DNA from: Eledone cirrhosa
Taxonomy: Eukaryota
Assembly: GCA_964016885.1 (NCBI GenBank)
Contig: OZ024743.1
Location: 138,818,001-138,882,000 of the forward strand
Reading direction: 5' to 3'
DNA: 64,000 nt
In this document: positions 27,450-42,900 of the stretch, one piece after another
How positions within the stretch are numbered: position 1 is the first letter of the stretch
Layout: the number at the start of each line of letters is the position of its first letter
The notes under the pieces: generated by a model
The model's input: the letters and a program-made list of their open reading frames with translations, nothing else
The model's database searches: none
Told to the model about the DNA's origin: nothing
Made by a program: the position numbers and the translations under genes

Positions 27450-30400
27450 GACCAAGCACCGAGCACCAAACACCAAGAACCAAGCACCAAGCACTAAACA
27501 CCAAACACCAAGCACCAAGCACCAAACACCAAACACCAAACACCAAGTACAAAACTCCAAACACCAAACACCAAGCACCAAGCACCAAATCCCAAGCACC
27601 AAACACCAAGCACCAATCACCAAACACCAAACACCAAGCACCAAGCACCAAACTCCAAAAACCAAGCACCAAGCACCAAGCACCAAACACCAAACGCCAA
27701 ACACCAAACACCAAGTACCTAGCACCAAACACCAAGCACCAAGCGCCAGAGACCAAACACCAAGCACCAAGCACGAAACACCAAGCACCAAGCACCGAGC
27801 ACCAAACACCAAGTACCAAGCACCAATCACCAAACACCAAGCACCAAGCACCAAACACCAAACACCAAGCACCATGCACCAAGCATCAAGCACCAAGCAC
27901 CAAACACCAACCACCAAGCACCAAACACCAAACACAAAACAACAAGTACCAAGCACCAAACACCAAACACCAAACACCAAACACCAAGCACCAAGCACAA
28001 GACACCAAACACCAAGCACCAAGCCCCAAGCACGAAACACCAAGCACCAAGCACCGAGCACCAAACACCAAGTACCAAGCACCAATCACCAAACACCAAG
28101 CACCAAGCACCAAGCACCAAAAACCAAGCACCAAGCTCCAAGCACCAAACACCAAGCACCAAACACCAAACACCAAGCACCAAGCACCAAACACCAAGCA
28201 CCAAGCGCCAAACACCAAACACCAAGCACCAAGCACCAAACACCAAGCACCAACCACCAAGCACCAAACACCAAGCACCAAGCACCAAGCACCAAGCACC
28301 AAGCACCAAACACCAAGCACCAAGCACCAAACAGCAAACACCAAGCACCAAACACCAAACACCAAGCACCAAGCAACAAACACCAAACACCAAGCACCAA
28401 ACACCAAGCACCAAGCCCCAAGCACGAAACACCAAGCACCAAGCACGAAACACCAAGCACCAAGCACCAAGCACCATGCACCAAACACCAAGCACCAAGC
28501 ACCAAACAGCAAACACCAAACAGCAAACACCAAACAGCAAACACCAAACAGCAAACACCAAACAGCAAACACCAAACAGCAAACGCCAAAAAGCAAACGC
28601 CAAACTCCAAACGCCAAACAGCAAATGCCAAACCCAAACGCCAAACAGCAAACGCCAAGCACAAAACACCAAACACCAAGCGCCAAGCACCAAACACCAA
28701 ACACCAAGCACCAAGCACCAAACACCAAACACCAAGCACCAAGTACCAAACACCAAACACCAAGCACCAAACACCAAACAGCAAACGCAAAAAAGCAAAC
28801 GCCAAACCCCATACGCCAAACAGCAAATGCCAAACCCCAAATGCCAAACGGCAAACGCCAAGCACCAAACACCAAACACCAAGCGCCAAGCACCAAACAC
28901 CAAACACCAAGCACCAAGCACCAAACACCAAACACCAAGCACCAATCACCAAACACCAAACACCAAGCGCCAAACACCAAACACCAAACACCTATCACCA
29001 AGCACCAAGCACCAAGCACCAAGCACCAAACACCAATCACCAAGCCCCAAGCACCAAACACCAAGCACCCAGCACCAAACACCAAACACCAAGCACCAAG
29101 CACCCAGAACAAAGCACCAAGCACCAAACACCAAACACCAAGCTCCAAGCACCAAACACCAAACACCAAGCACCAAGCACCAAGCACCAAACACCAAACA
29201 CCAAGCACCAATCACCAAACACCAAGCACCAAGCGCCAAACACCAAACACCAAACACCTAGCACCAAGCACCAAGCACCGAACACCAAGCACTAAGCACC
29301 AAGCACCAAGCACCAAGCACCAAACACCAATCACCAAGCCCCAAGCACCAAACACCAAGCACCAAGCACCAAGCACCAAACACCAAACACCAAGCACCAA
29401 GCACCAAACACCAAACACCAAGCACCAAGCACCAAGCACCAAGCACCAAACACCATACACCAAACAGCAAACGCCAAAAAGCAAACGCCAAACCCCATAC
29501 GCCAAACAGCAAATGCCAAACCCCAAACGCCAAACAGCAAACGCCAAGCACCAAACACCAAACACCAAGCGCCAAGCACCAAACACCAAACACCAAGCAC
29601 CAAGCACCAAACACCAAACACCAAGCACCAATCACCAAACACCAAGCACCAAGCGCCAAGCACCAGACACCAAGCACCAAGCACCAAACACCAAACACCA
29701 AGCACCAAGCACTAAACACCAAACACCAAGCACCAAGCACCAAGCACCAAGCACCAAGCACCAAACACCAAGCACCAAGCACCAAGCACCAAGCACCAAG
29801 CACCAAACACCAAGCACCAAGCACCAAACAGCAAACACCAAGCACCAAACACCAAACACCAAGCACCAAGCACCAAACACCAAACACCAAACACCAAGCA
29901 CCAAGCCCCAAGCACCAAACACCAAGCACCAAGCACCAAACACCAAGCACGAAGCACCAAGCACCATGCACCAAACACCAAGAACCAAGCACCAAACAGC
30001 AAACGCCAAACAGCAAACACCAAACACCAAACACCAACCAGCAAACACCAAACACCAAACACCAAACAGCAAACACCAAACAGCAAACACCAAACAGCAA
30101 ACACCAAACACCAAACACCAAACAGCAAATGCCAAAAAGCAAACGCCAAACCCCAAACGCCAAACAGCAAATGCCAAACCCCAAACGCCAAACAGCAAAC
30201 GCCAAGCGCCAAACGCCAAACACCAAGTGCCAAGCACCAAACACCAAACACCAAGCACCAAGCACCAAGCACCAAACACCAAACAGCAAACGCCAAAAAG
30301 CAAACGCCAAACCCCATACGCCAAACAGCAAATGCCAAACCCCAAACGCCAAACAGCAAACGCCAAGCACCAAACACCAAACACCAAGCACCAAGCACCA

Positions 30401-33400
30401 AACACCAAACACCAAGCACCAAGCACCAAGGACCAAGCACCAAACACCAAGCACCAAGCACCGAGCACCAAACACCAAGAACCAAGCACCAAGCACTAAA
30501 CACCAAACACCAAGCACCAAGCACCAAACACCAAACACCAAGCACCAAGTACAAAACTCCAAACACCAAACACCAAGCACCAAGCACCAAATCCCAAGCA
30601 CCAAACACCAAGCACCAATCACCAAACACCAAACACCAAGCACCAAGCACCAAACTCCAAAAACCAAGCACCAAGCACCAAGCACCAAACACCAAACGCC
30701 AAACACCAAACACCAAGTACCAAGCACCAAACACCAAGCACCAAGCGCCAAAGACCAAACACCAAGCACCAAGCACGAAACACCAAGCAGCAAGCACCGA
30801 GCACCAAACACCAAGTACCAAGCACCAATCACCAAACACCAAGCACCAAGCACCAAACACCAAACACCAAGCACCAAGCACCAAGCATCAAGCACCAAGC
30901 ACCAAACACCAACCACCAAGCACCAAACACCAAACACAAAACAACAAGTACCAAGCACCAAACACCAAACACCAAACACCAAACACCAAGCACCAAGCAC
31001 AAGACACCAAGCACCAAGCACCAAGCACCAAGCACCAAAAACCAAGCACCAAGCTCCAAGCACCAAACACCAAGCACCAAACACCAAACACCAAGCACCA
31101 AGCACCAAACACCAAGCACCAAGCGCCAAACACCAAACACCAAGCACCAAGCACCAAACACCAAGCACCAACCACCAAGCACCAAACACCAAGCACCAAG
31201 CACCAAGCACCAAGCACCAAGCACCAAACACCAAGCACCAAGCACCAAACAGCAAACACCAAGCACCAAACACCAAACACCAAGCACCAAGCAACAAACA
31301 CCAAACACCAAGCACCAAACACCAAGCACCAAGCCCCAAGCACGAAACACCAAGCACCAAGCACGAAACACCAAGCACCAAGCACCAAGCACCATGCACC
31401 AAACACCAAGCACCAAGCACCAAACAGCAAACACCAAACAGCAAACACCAAACAGCAAACACCAAACAGCAAACACCAAACAGCAAACACCAAACAGCAA
31501 ACGCCAAAAAGCAAACGCCAAACTCCAAACGCCAAACAGCAAATGCCAAACCCAAACGCCAAACAGCAAACGCCAAGCACAAAACACCAAACACCAAGCG
31601 CCAAGCACCAAACACCAAACACCAAGCACCAAGCACCAAACACCAAACACCAAGCACCAAGTACCAAACACCAAACACCAAGCACCAAACACCAAACAGC
31701 AAACGCAAAAAAGCAAACGCCAAACCCCATACGCCAAACAGCAAATGCCAAACCCCAAATGCCAAACGGCAAACGCCAAGCACCAAACACCAAACACCAA
31801 GCGCCAAGCACCAAACACCAAACACCAAGCACCAAGCACCAAACACCAAACACCAAGCACCAATCACCAAACACCAAACACCAAGCGCCAAACACCAAAC
31901 ACCAAACACCTATCACCAAGCACCAAGCACCAAGCACCAAGCACCAAACACCAATCACCAAGCCCCAAGCACCAAACACCAAGCACCCAGCACCAAACAC
32001 CAAACACCAAACACCAAGCACCCAGAACAAAGCACCAAGCACCAAACACCAAACACCAAGCTCCAAGCACCAAACACCAAACACCAAGCACCAAGCACCA
32101 AGCACCAAACACCAAACACCAAGCACCAATCACCAAACACCAAGCACCAAGCGCCAAACACCAAACACCAAACACCTAGCACCAAGCACCAAGCACCGAA
32201 CACCAAGCACCAAGCACCAAGCACCAAGCACCAAGCACCAAACACCAATCACCAAGCCCCAAGCACCAAACACCAAGCACCAAGCACCAAGCACCAAACA
32301 CCAAACACCAAGCACCAAGCACCAAACACCAAACACCAAGCACCAAGCACCAAGCACCAAGCACCAAACACCATACACCAAACAGCAAACGCCAAAAAGC
32401 AAACGCCAAACCCCATACGCCAAACAGCAAACGCCAAGCACCAAACACCAAACACCAAGCGCCAAGCACCAAACACCAAACACCAAGCACCAAGCACCAA
32501 ACACCAAACACCAAGCACCAATCACCAAACACCAAGCACCAAGCGCCAAGCACCAGACACCAAGCACCAAGCACCAAACACCAAACACCAAGCACCAAGC
32601 ACTAAACACCAAACACCAAGCACCAAGCACCAAGCACCAAGCACCAAGCACCAAACACCAAGCACCAAGCACCAAGCACCAAGCACCAAACACCAAGCAC
32701 CAAGCACCAAACAGCAAACACCAAGCACCAAACACCAAACACCAAGCACCAAGCACCAAACACCAAACACCAAACACCAAGCACCAAGCCCCAAGCACCA
32801 AACACCAAGCACCAAGCACCAAACACCAAGCACGAAGCACCAAGCACCATGCACCAAACACCAAGCACCAAGCACCAAACAGCAAACACCAAACAGCAAA
32901 CACCAAACACCAAACACCAACCAGCAAACACCAAACACCAAACGCCAAACAGCAAACACCAAACAGCAAACACCAAACAGCAAACACCAAACACCAAACA
33001 CCAAACAGCAAATGCCAAAAAGCAAACGCCAAACCCCAAACGCCAAACAGCAAATGCCAAACCCCAAACGCCAAACAGCAAACGCCAAGTGCCAAACGCC
33101 AAACACCAAGTGCCAAGCACCAAACACCAAACACCAAGCACCAAGCACCAAGCACCAAACACCAAACAGCAAACGCCAAAAAGCAAGCACCAAGCGCCAA
33201 GCACCAAGCACCAAACACCAAGCACCAAGCACCGAGCACCAAACACCAAGAACCAAGCACCAAGCACTAAACACCAAACACCAAGCACCAAGCACCAAAC
33301 ACCAAACACCAAGCACCAAGTACAAAACTCCAAACACCAAACACCAAGCACCAAGCACCAAATCCCAAGCACCAAACACCAAGCACCAATCACCAAACAC

Positions 33401-35900
33401 CAAACACCAAGCACCAAGCACCAAACTCCAAAAACCAAGCACCAAGCACCAAGCACCAAACACCAAACGCCAAACACCAAACACCAAGTACCAAGCACCA
33501 AACACCAAGCACCAAGCGCCAAAGACCAAACACCAAGCACCAAGCACGAAACACCAAGCACCAAGCACCGAGCACCAAACACCAAGTACCAAGCACCAAT
33601 CACCAAACACCAAGCACCAAGCACCAAACACCAAACACCAAGCACCAAGCACCAAGCATCAAGCACCAAGCACCAAACACCAACCACCAAGCACCAAACA
33701 CCAAACACAAAACAACAAGTACCAAGCACCAAACACCAAACACCAAACACCAAACACCAAGCACCAAGCACAAGACACCAAGCACCAAGCACCAAGCACC
33801 AAGGACCAAAAACCAAGCACCAAGCTCCAAGCACCAAACACCAAGCACCAAACACCAAACACCAAGCAGCAAGCACCAAACACCAAGCACCAAGCGCCAA
33901 ACACCAAACACCAAGCACCAAGCACCAAACACCAAGCACCAACCACCAAGCACCAAACACCAAGCACCAAGCACCAAGCACCAAGCACCAAGCACCAAAC
34001 ACCAAGCACCAAGCCCCAAGCACGAAACACCAAGCACCAAGCACGAAACACCAAGCACCAAGCACCAAGCACCATGCACCAAACACCAAGCACCAAGCAC
34101 CAAACAGCAAACACCAAACAGCAAACACCAAACAGCAAACACCAAACAGCAAACACCAAACAGCAAACACCAAACAGCAAACGCCAAAAAGCAAACGCCA
34201 AACTCCAAACGCCAAACAGCAAATGCCAAACCCAAACGCCAAACAGCAAACGCCAAGCACAAAACACCAAACACCAAGCGCCAAGCACCAAACACCAAAC
34301 ACCAAGCACCAAGCACCAAACACCAAACACCAAGCACCAAGTACCAAACACCAAACACCAAGCACCAAACACCAAACAGCAAACGCAAAAAAGCAAACGC
34401 CAAACCCCATACGCCAAACAGCAAATGCCAAACCCCAAATGCCAAACGGCAAACGCCAAGCACCAAACACCAAACACCAAGCGCCAAGCACCAAACACCA
34501 AACACCAAGCACCAAGCACCAAACACCAAACACCAAGCACCAATCACCAAACACCAAACACCAACCGCCAAACACCAAACACCAAACACCTATCACCAAG
34601 CACCAAGCACCAAGCACCAAGCACCAAGCACCAATCACCAAGCCCCAAGCACCAAACACCAAGCACCCAGCACCAAACACCAAACACCAAGCACCAAGCA
34701 CCCAGAACAAAGCACCAAGCACCAAACACCAAACACCAAGCTCCAAGCACCAAACACCAAACACCAAGCACCAAGCACCAAGCACCAAACACCAAGCACC
34801 AAGCACCGAACACCAAGCACCAAGCACCAAGCACCAAGCACCAAGCACCAAACACCAATCACCAAGCCCCAAGCACCAAACACCAAGCACCAAGCACCAA
34901 GCACCAAACACCAAACACCAAGCACCAAGCACCAAACACCAAACACCAAGCACCAAGCACCAAGCACCAAGCACCAAACACCATACACCAAACAGCAAAC
35001 GCCAAAAAGCAAACGCCAAACCCCATACGCCAAACAGCAAATGCCAAACCCCAAACGCCAAACAGCAAACGCCAAGCACCAAACACCAAACACCAAGCGC
35101 CAAGCACCAAACACCAAACACCAAGCACCAAGCACCAAACACCAAACACCAAGCACCAATCACCAAACACCAAGCACCAAGCGCCAAGCACCAGACACCA
35201 AGCACCAAGCACCAAACACCAAACACCAAGCACCAAGCACTAAACACCAAACACCAAGCACCAAGCACCAAGCACCAAGCACCAAGCACCAAACACCAAG
35301 CACCAAGCACCAAGCACCAAGCACCAAGCACCAAACACCAAGCACCAAGCACCAAACAGCAAACACCAAGCACCAAACACCAAACACCAAGCACCAAGCA
35401 CCAAACACCAAACACCAAACACCAAGCACCAAGCCCCAAGCACCAAACACCAAGCACCAAGCACCAAACACCAAGCACGAAGCACCAAGCACCATGCACC
35501 AAACACCAAGCACCAAGCACCAAACAGCAAACACCAAACAGCAAACACCAAACACCAAACACCAACCAGCAAACACCAAACACCAAACACCAAACAGCAA
35601 ACACCAAACAGCAAACACCAAACAGCAAATACCAAACACCAAACACCAAACAGCAAATGCCAAAAAGCAAACGCCAAACCCCAAACGCCAAACAGCAAAT
35701 GCCAAACCCCAAACGCCAAACAGCAAACGCCAAGCGCCAAACGCCAAACACCAAGTGCCAAGCACCAAACACCAAACACCAAGCACCAAGCACCAAGCAC
35801 CAAACACCAAACAGCAAACGCCAAAAAGCAAACGCCAAACCCCATACGCCAAACAGCAAATGCCAAACCCCAAACGCCAAACAGCAAACGCCAAGCACCA
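27450..35900 (+). repeat. Three tandem copies of a ~2.7-3.0-kb higher-order unit
   Basis: TACAAAA-CTCCAAA lies at 27548/30550/33321 and the 6-bp CCCAAA at 28633/31551/34231. ORF pairs 28476..29261/31394..32179 (offset 2918) and 30619..30828/33390..33599 (offset 2771) match. Confidence 0.88.
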
Positions 35901-36969
35901 AACACCAAACACCAAGCGCCAAGCACCAAACACCAAACACCAAGCACCAAGCACCAAACACCAAACACCAAGCACCAATCACCAAACACCAAGCACCAAG
36001 CGCCAAGCACCAAACACCAAGTACCAAACACCAATCACCAAGCCCCAAGCACCAAACACCAAGCGCCAAGCACCAAACACCAAACACCAAGCACCAAGCA
36101 CCCAGAACCAAGCACCAAGCACCAAACACCAAGCACCAAGCACCGAGCACCAAACACCAAGAACCAAGCACCAAGCTCTAAACACCAAACACCAAGCACC
36201 AAGCACCAAACACCAAACACCAAACACCAAACACCAAACAGCAAATGCCAAAAAGCAAACGCCAAACCCCAAACGCCAAACAGTAAATGCCAAACCCCAA
36301 ACGCCAAACAGCAAACGCCAAGCGCCAAACGCCAAACACCAAGCGCCAAGCACCAAACACCAAACACCAAGCACCAAGCACCAAACACCAAACACCAAGC
36401 ACCAAGTACCAAACACCAAACACCAAGCACCAAACACCAAACAGCAAACGCCAAAAAGCAAACGCCAAACCCCATACGCCAAACAGCAAATGCCAAACCC
36501 CAAACGCCAAACAGCATACGCCAAGCACCGAACACCAAACACCAAGAACCAAGCACCAAGCACTAAACACCAAACACCAAGCACCAAGCACCAAACACCA
36601 AACACCAAGCACCAAGCACCGAGCACCAAACACCAAGAACCAAGCACCAAGCACTAAACACCAAACACCAAGCACCAAGCACCAAACACCAAACACCAAG
36701 CACCAAACACCAAACAGCAAACGCCAAAAAGCAAACGCCAAACCTCATACGCCAAACAACAAATGCCAAACTCAAAACGCCAAACAGCAAACGCCAGACA
36801 CCAAACACCAAACACCAAGCGCCAAGCACCAAACACCAAACACCAAGCACCAAGCACCAAACACCAAACACCAAGCACCAATCACCAAACACCAAGCACC
36901 AAGCGCCAAGCACCAAACACCAAACACCTAGCACCAAGCACCAAGCACCAAACAACAAGCACCAAACAC

Positions 36970-39900
36970 CAATCACCAAGCCCCAAGCACCAAACACCAA
37001 GCACCAAGCACCAAACACCAAACACCAAGCACCAAGCACCAAGGACCAAGCACCAAACACCAAGCACCAAGCACCGAGCACCAAACACCAAGAACCAAGC
37101 ACCAAGCACTAAACACCAAACACCAAGCACCAAGCACCAAACACCAAACACCAAGCACCAAGTACAAAACTCCAAACACCAAACACCAAGCACCGAACAC
37201 CAAATCCCAAGCACCAAACACCAAGCACCAATCACCAAACACCAAACACCAAGCACCAAGCACCAAACTCCATAAACCAAGCACCAAACACCAAGCACCA
37301 AACACCAAGCACCAAGCGCCAAAGACCAAACACCAAGCACCAAGCACTTAACACCAAGCACCAAGCACCGAGCACCAAACACCAAGTACCAAGCACCAAT
37401 CACCAAACACCAAGCACCAAGCACCAAACACCAAACACCAAACACCAAGCACCAAGCATCAAGCACCAAGCACCAAACACCAACCACCAAGCACCAAACA
37501 CCAAATACAAAACAACAAGTACCAAGCACCAAACACCAAACACCAAACACCAAACACCAAGCACCAAGCACAAGACACCAAGCACCAAGCACCAAGCACC
37601 AAGCACCAAAAACCAAGCACCAAGCTCCAAGCACCAAAAACCAAGCACCAAGCTCCAAGCACCAAACACCAAGCACGAAACACCAAGTACCAAGCACCAA
37701 GCACCAAACACCTAGCACCAAGCGCCAAACACCAAACACCAAGCACCAAGCACCAAACACCAAGCACCAACTACCAAGCACCAAACACCAAGCACCAAGC
37801 ACCAAGCACCAAGCACCAAGCACCAAACACCAAGCACCAAGCACCAAACAGCAAACACCAAGCACCAAACACCAAACACCAAGCACCAAGCAACAAAACC
37901 CAAACACCAAGCACCAAACACCAAGCACCAAGCCCCAAGCACGAAACACCAAGCACCAAGCACGAAACACCAAGCACCAAGCACCAAGCACCATGCACCA
38001 AACACCAAGCACCAAGCACCAAACAGCAAACACCAAACAGCAAACACCAAACAGCAAACACCAAACAGCAAACACCAAACAGCAAACACCAAACAGCAAA
38101 CGCCAAAAAGCAAACGCCAAACTCCAAACGCCAAACAGCAAATGCCAAACCCAAACGCCAAACAGCAAACGCCAAGCACAAAACACCAAACACCAAGCGC
38201 CAAGCACCAAACACCAAACACCAAGCACCAAGCACCAAACACCAAACACCAAGCACCAAGTACCAAACACCAAACACCAAGCACCAAACACCAAACAGCA
38301 AACGCAAAAAAGCAAACGCCAAACCCCATACGCCAAACAGCAAATGCCAAACCCCAAATGCCACACGGCAAACGCCAAGCACCAAACACCAAACACCAAG
38401 CGCCAAGCACCAAACACCAAACACCAAGCACCAAGCACCAAACACCAAACACCAAGCACCAATCACCAAACACCAAACACCAAGCGCCAAACACCAAACA
38501 CCAAACACCTATCACCAAGCACCAAGCACCAAACACCAAGCACCAAACACCAAGCACCAAGCACCAAGCACCAAGCACCAAACACCAATCACCAAGCCCC
38601 AAGCACCAAACACCAAGCACCCAGCACCAAACACCAAGCACCAAGCACCAAGCACCCAGAACAAAGCACCAAGCACCAAACACCAAACACCAAGCTCCAA
38701 GCACCAAACACCAAACACCAAGCACCAAGCACCAAGCACCAAACACCAAACACCAAGCACCAATCACCAAACACCAAGCACCAAGCGCCAAACACCAAAC
38801 ACCAAACACCTAGCACCAAGCACCAAGCACCGAACACCAAGCACCAAGCACCAAGCACCAAGTACCAAGCACCAAACACCAATCACCAAGCCCCAAGCAC
38901 CAAACACCAAGCACCAAGCACCAAACACCAAACACCAAGCACCAAGCACCAAACACCAAACACCAAGCACCAAGCACCAAGCACCAAGCACCAAACACCA
39001 TACACCAAACAGCAAACGCCAAAAAGCAAACGCCAAACCCCATACGCCAAACAGCAAATGCCAAACCCCAAACGCCAAACAGCAAACGCCAAGCACCAAA
39101 CACCAAACACCAAGCGCCAAGCACCAAACACCAAACACCAAGCACCAAGCACCAAACACCAAACACCAAGCACCAATCACCAAACACCAAGCACCAAGCG
39201 CCAAGCACCAGACACCAAGCACCAAGCACCAAACACCAAACACCAAGCACCAAGCACTAAACACCAAACACCAAGCACCAAGCACCAAGCACCAAGCACC
39301 AAGCACCAAATACCAAGCACCAAGCACCAAGCACCAAGCACCAAGCACCAAACACCAAGCACCAAGCACCAAACAGCATACACCAAGCACCAAACACCAA
39401 ACACCAAGCACCAAGCACCAAACACCAAACACCAAACACCAAGCACCAAGCCCCAAGCACCAAACACCAAGCACCAAGCACCAAACACCAAGCACGAAGC
39501 ACCAAGCACCATGCACCAAACACCAAGCACCAAGCACCAAACAGCAAACACCAAACAGCAAACACCAAACACCAAACACCAACCAGCAAACACCAAACAC
39601 CAAACACCAAACAGCAAACACCAAACAGCAAACACCAAACAGCAAACACCAAACACCAAACACCAAACAGCAAACGCCAAAAAGCAAACGCCAAACCCCA
39701 TACGCCAAACAGCAAATGCCAAACCCCAAACGCCAAACAGCAAACGCCAAGCACCGAACACCAAACACCAAGCGCCAAGCACCAAACACCAAACACCAAG
39801 CACCAAGCACCAAACACCAAACACCAAGCACCAATCACCAAACACCAAGCACCAAGCGCCAAGCACCAAACACCAAACACCTAGCACCAAGCACCAAGCA

Positions 39901-42900
39901 CCAAACACCAAGTACCAAACACCAATCACCAAGCCCCAAGCACCAAATACCAAGCACCAAGCACCAAACACCAAACACCAAGCACCAAGCACCCAGAACC
40001 AAGCACCAAGCACCAAACACCAAGCACCAAGCACCGAGCACCAAACACCAAGAACAAAGCACCAAGCACTAAACACCAAACACCAAGCACCAAGCACCAA
40101 ACACCATACACCAAGCACCAAACACCAAACAGCAAACGCCAAAAAGCAAACGCCAAACCCCATATGCCAAACAGCAAATGCCAAACTCCAAACGCCAAAC
40201 AGCAAACGTCAGGCACCAAACACCAAACACCAAGCGCCAAGCACCAAACACCAAACACCAAGCACCAAGCACCAAACACCAAACACCAAGCACCAATCAC
40301 CAAACACCAAGCACCAAGCGCCAAGCACCAAACACCAAACACCTAGCACCAAGCACCAAGGACCAAACACCAAGCACCAAACACCAATCACCAAGCCCCA
40401 AGCACCAAACACCAAGCACCAAGCACCAAACACCAAACACCAAGCACCAAGCACCAAGGACCAAGCACCGAGCACCAAACACCAAGAACCAAGCACCAAG
40501 CACTAAACACCAAACACCAAGCACCAAGCACCAAACACCAAACACCAAGCACCAAACACCAAACTCCAAACACCAAGCACCAAGCACCAAACACCAAACA
40601 CCAAGCACCAAGCACCAAACACCAAGCACCAAACACCAAGCACCAACCACCAAGCACCAAACACCAAGCACCAATCACCAAGCCCCAAGCACCAAACACC
40701 AAGCACCAAGCACCAAACACCAAACACCAAGCACCAAGCACCAAGGACCAAGCACCAAACACCAAGCACCAAACACCAAACTCCAAACACCAAGCACCAA
40801 GCACCAAATCCCAAGCACCAAACACCAAGCACCAATCACCAAACACCAAACACCAAGCACCAAGCACCAAACTCCAAAAACCAAGCACCAAGCACCAAGC
40901 ACCAAACACCAAACGCCAAACACCAAACACCAAGTACCAAGCACCAAACACCAAGCACCAAGCGCCAAAGACCAAACACCAAGCACCAAGCACGAAACAC
41001 CAAGCACCAAGCACCGAGCACCGAACACCAAGTACCAAGCACCAATCACCAAACACCAAGCACCAAGCACCAAACACCAAACACCAAGCACCAAGCACCA
41101 AGCATCAAGCACCAAGCACCAAACACCAACCACCAAGCACCAAACACCAAACACAAAACAACAAGTACCAAGCACCAAACACCAAACACCAAACACCAAA
41201 CACCAAGCACCTAGCACAAGACACCAAGCACCAAGCACCAAGCACCAAGCACCAAAAACCAAGCACCAAGCTCCAAGCACCAAACACCAAGCACCAAACA
41301 CCAAACACCAAGCACCAAGCACCAAACACCAAGCACCAAGCGCCAAACACCAAACACCAAGCACCAAGCACCAAACACCAAGCACCAACCACCAAGCACC
41401 AAACACCAAGCATCAATCACCAAGCCCCAAGCACCAAACACCAAGCACCAAGCACCAAACACCAAACACCAAGCACCAAGCACCAAGGACCAAGCACCAA
41501 ACACCAAGCACCAAGCACCGAGCACCAAACACCAAGAACCAAGCACCAAGCACTAAACACCAAACACCAAGCACCAAGCACCAAACACCAAACACCAAGC
41601 ACCAAGTACAAAACTCCAAACACCAAACACCAAGCACCAAGCACCAAATCCCAAGCACCAAACACCAAGCACCAATCACCAAACACCAAACACCAAGCAC
41701 CAAGCACCAAACTCCAAAAACCAAGCACCAAACACCAAGCACCAAACACCAAGCACCAAGCGCCAAAGACCAAACACCAAGCACCAAGCACTTAACACCA
41801 AGCACCAAGCACCGAGCACCAAACACCAAGTACCAAGCACCAATCACCAAACACCAAGCACCAAGCACCAAACACCAAACACCAAACACCAAGCACCAAG
41901 CATCAAGCACCAAGCACCAAACACCAACCACCAAGCACCAAACACCAAACACAAAACAACAAGTACCAAGCACCAAACACCAAACACCAAACACCAAACA
42001 CCAAGCACCAAGCACAAGACACCAAGCACCAAGCACCAAGCACCAAGCACCAAAAACCAAGCACCAAGCTCCAAGCACCAAAAACCAAGCACCAAGCTCC
42101 AAGCACCAAACACCAAGCACCAAACACCAAACACCAAGCACCAAGCACCAAACACCTAGCACCAAGCGCCAAACACCAAACACCAAGCACCAAGCACCAA
42201 ACACCAAGCACCAAACACCAAGCACCAAACACCAAACACCAAGCACCAAGCACCAAACACCTAGCACCAAGCGCCAAACACCAAACACCAAGCACCAAGC
42301 ACCAAACACCAAGCACCAACTACCAAGCACCAAACACCAAGCACCAAGCACCAAGCACCAAGCACCAAGCACCAAACACCAAGCACCAAGCACCAAACAG
42401 CAAACACCAAGCACCAAACACCAAACACCAAGCACCAAGCAACAAAACCCAAACACCAAGCACCAAACACCAAGCACCAAGCCCCAAGCACGAAACACCA
42501 AGCACCAAGCACGAAACACCAAGCACCAAGCACCAAGCACCATGCACCAAACACCAAGCACCAAGCACCAAACAGCAAACACCAAACAGCAAACACCAAA
42601 CAGCAAACACCAAACAGCAAACACCAAACAGCAAACACCAAACAGCAAACGCCAAAAAGCAAACGCCAAACTCCAAACGCCAAACAGCAAATGCCAAACC
42701 CAAACGCCAAACAGCAAACGCCAAGCACAAAACACCAAACACCAAGCGCCAAGCACCAAACACCAAACACCAAGCACCAAGCACCAAACACCAAACACCA
42801 AGCACCAAGTACCAAACACCAAACACCAAGCACCAAACACCAAACAGCAAACGCAAAAAAGCAAACGCCAAACCCCATACGCCAAACAGCAAATGCCAAA

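Noticed and set aside
30129-35243. Very long + strand ORFs (1704 aa here; also 1618 aa at 40178..45034) resembling mucin/extensin-like TKHQAPS repeat proteins
   Set aside because: The + strand has almost no T, so stops are rare in all frames. Overlapping frames give the same peptide, the period of 7 is not codon-compatible, and there is no unique domain, signal peptide or frame preference. Starts and stops are just the rare CACCATG/AAATGCC and CACCTAG/CACTAAA variants.
32602-36174. Long hydrophobic minus-strand ORFs (WCLVLGA repeats) resembling membrane proteins
   Set aside because: These are the reverse-complement translation of the same heptamer, open in all three frames for compositional reasons.
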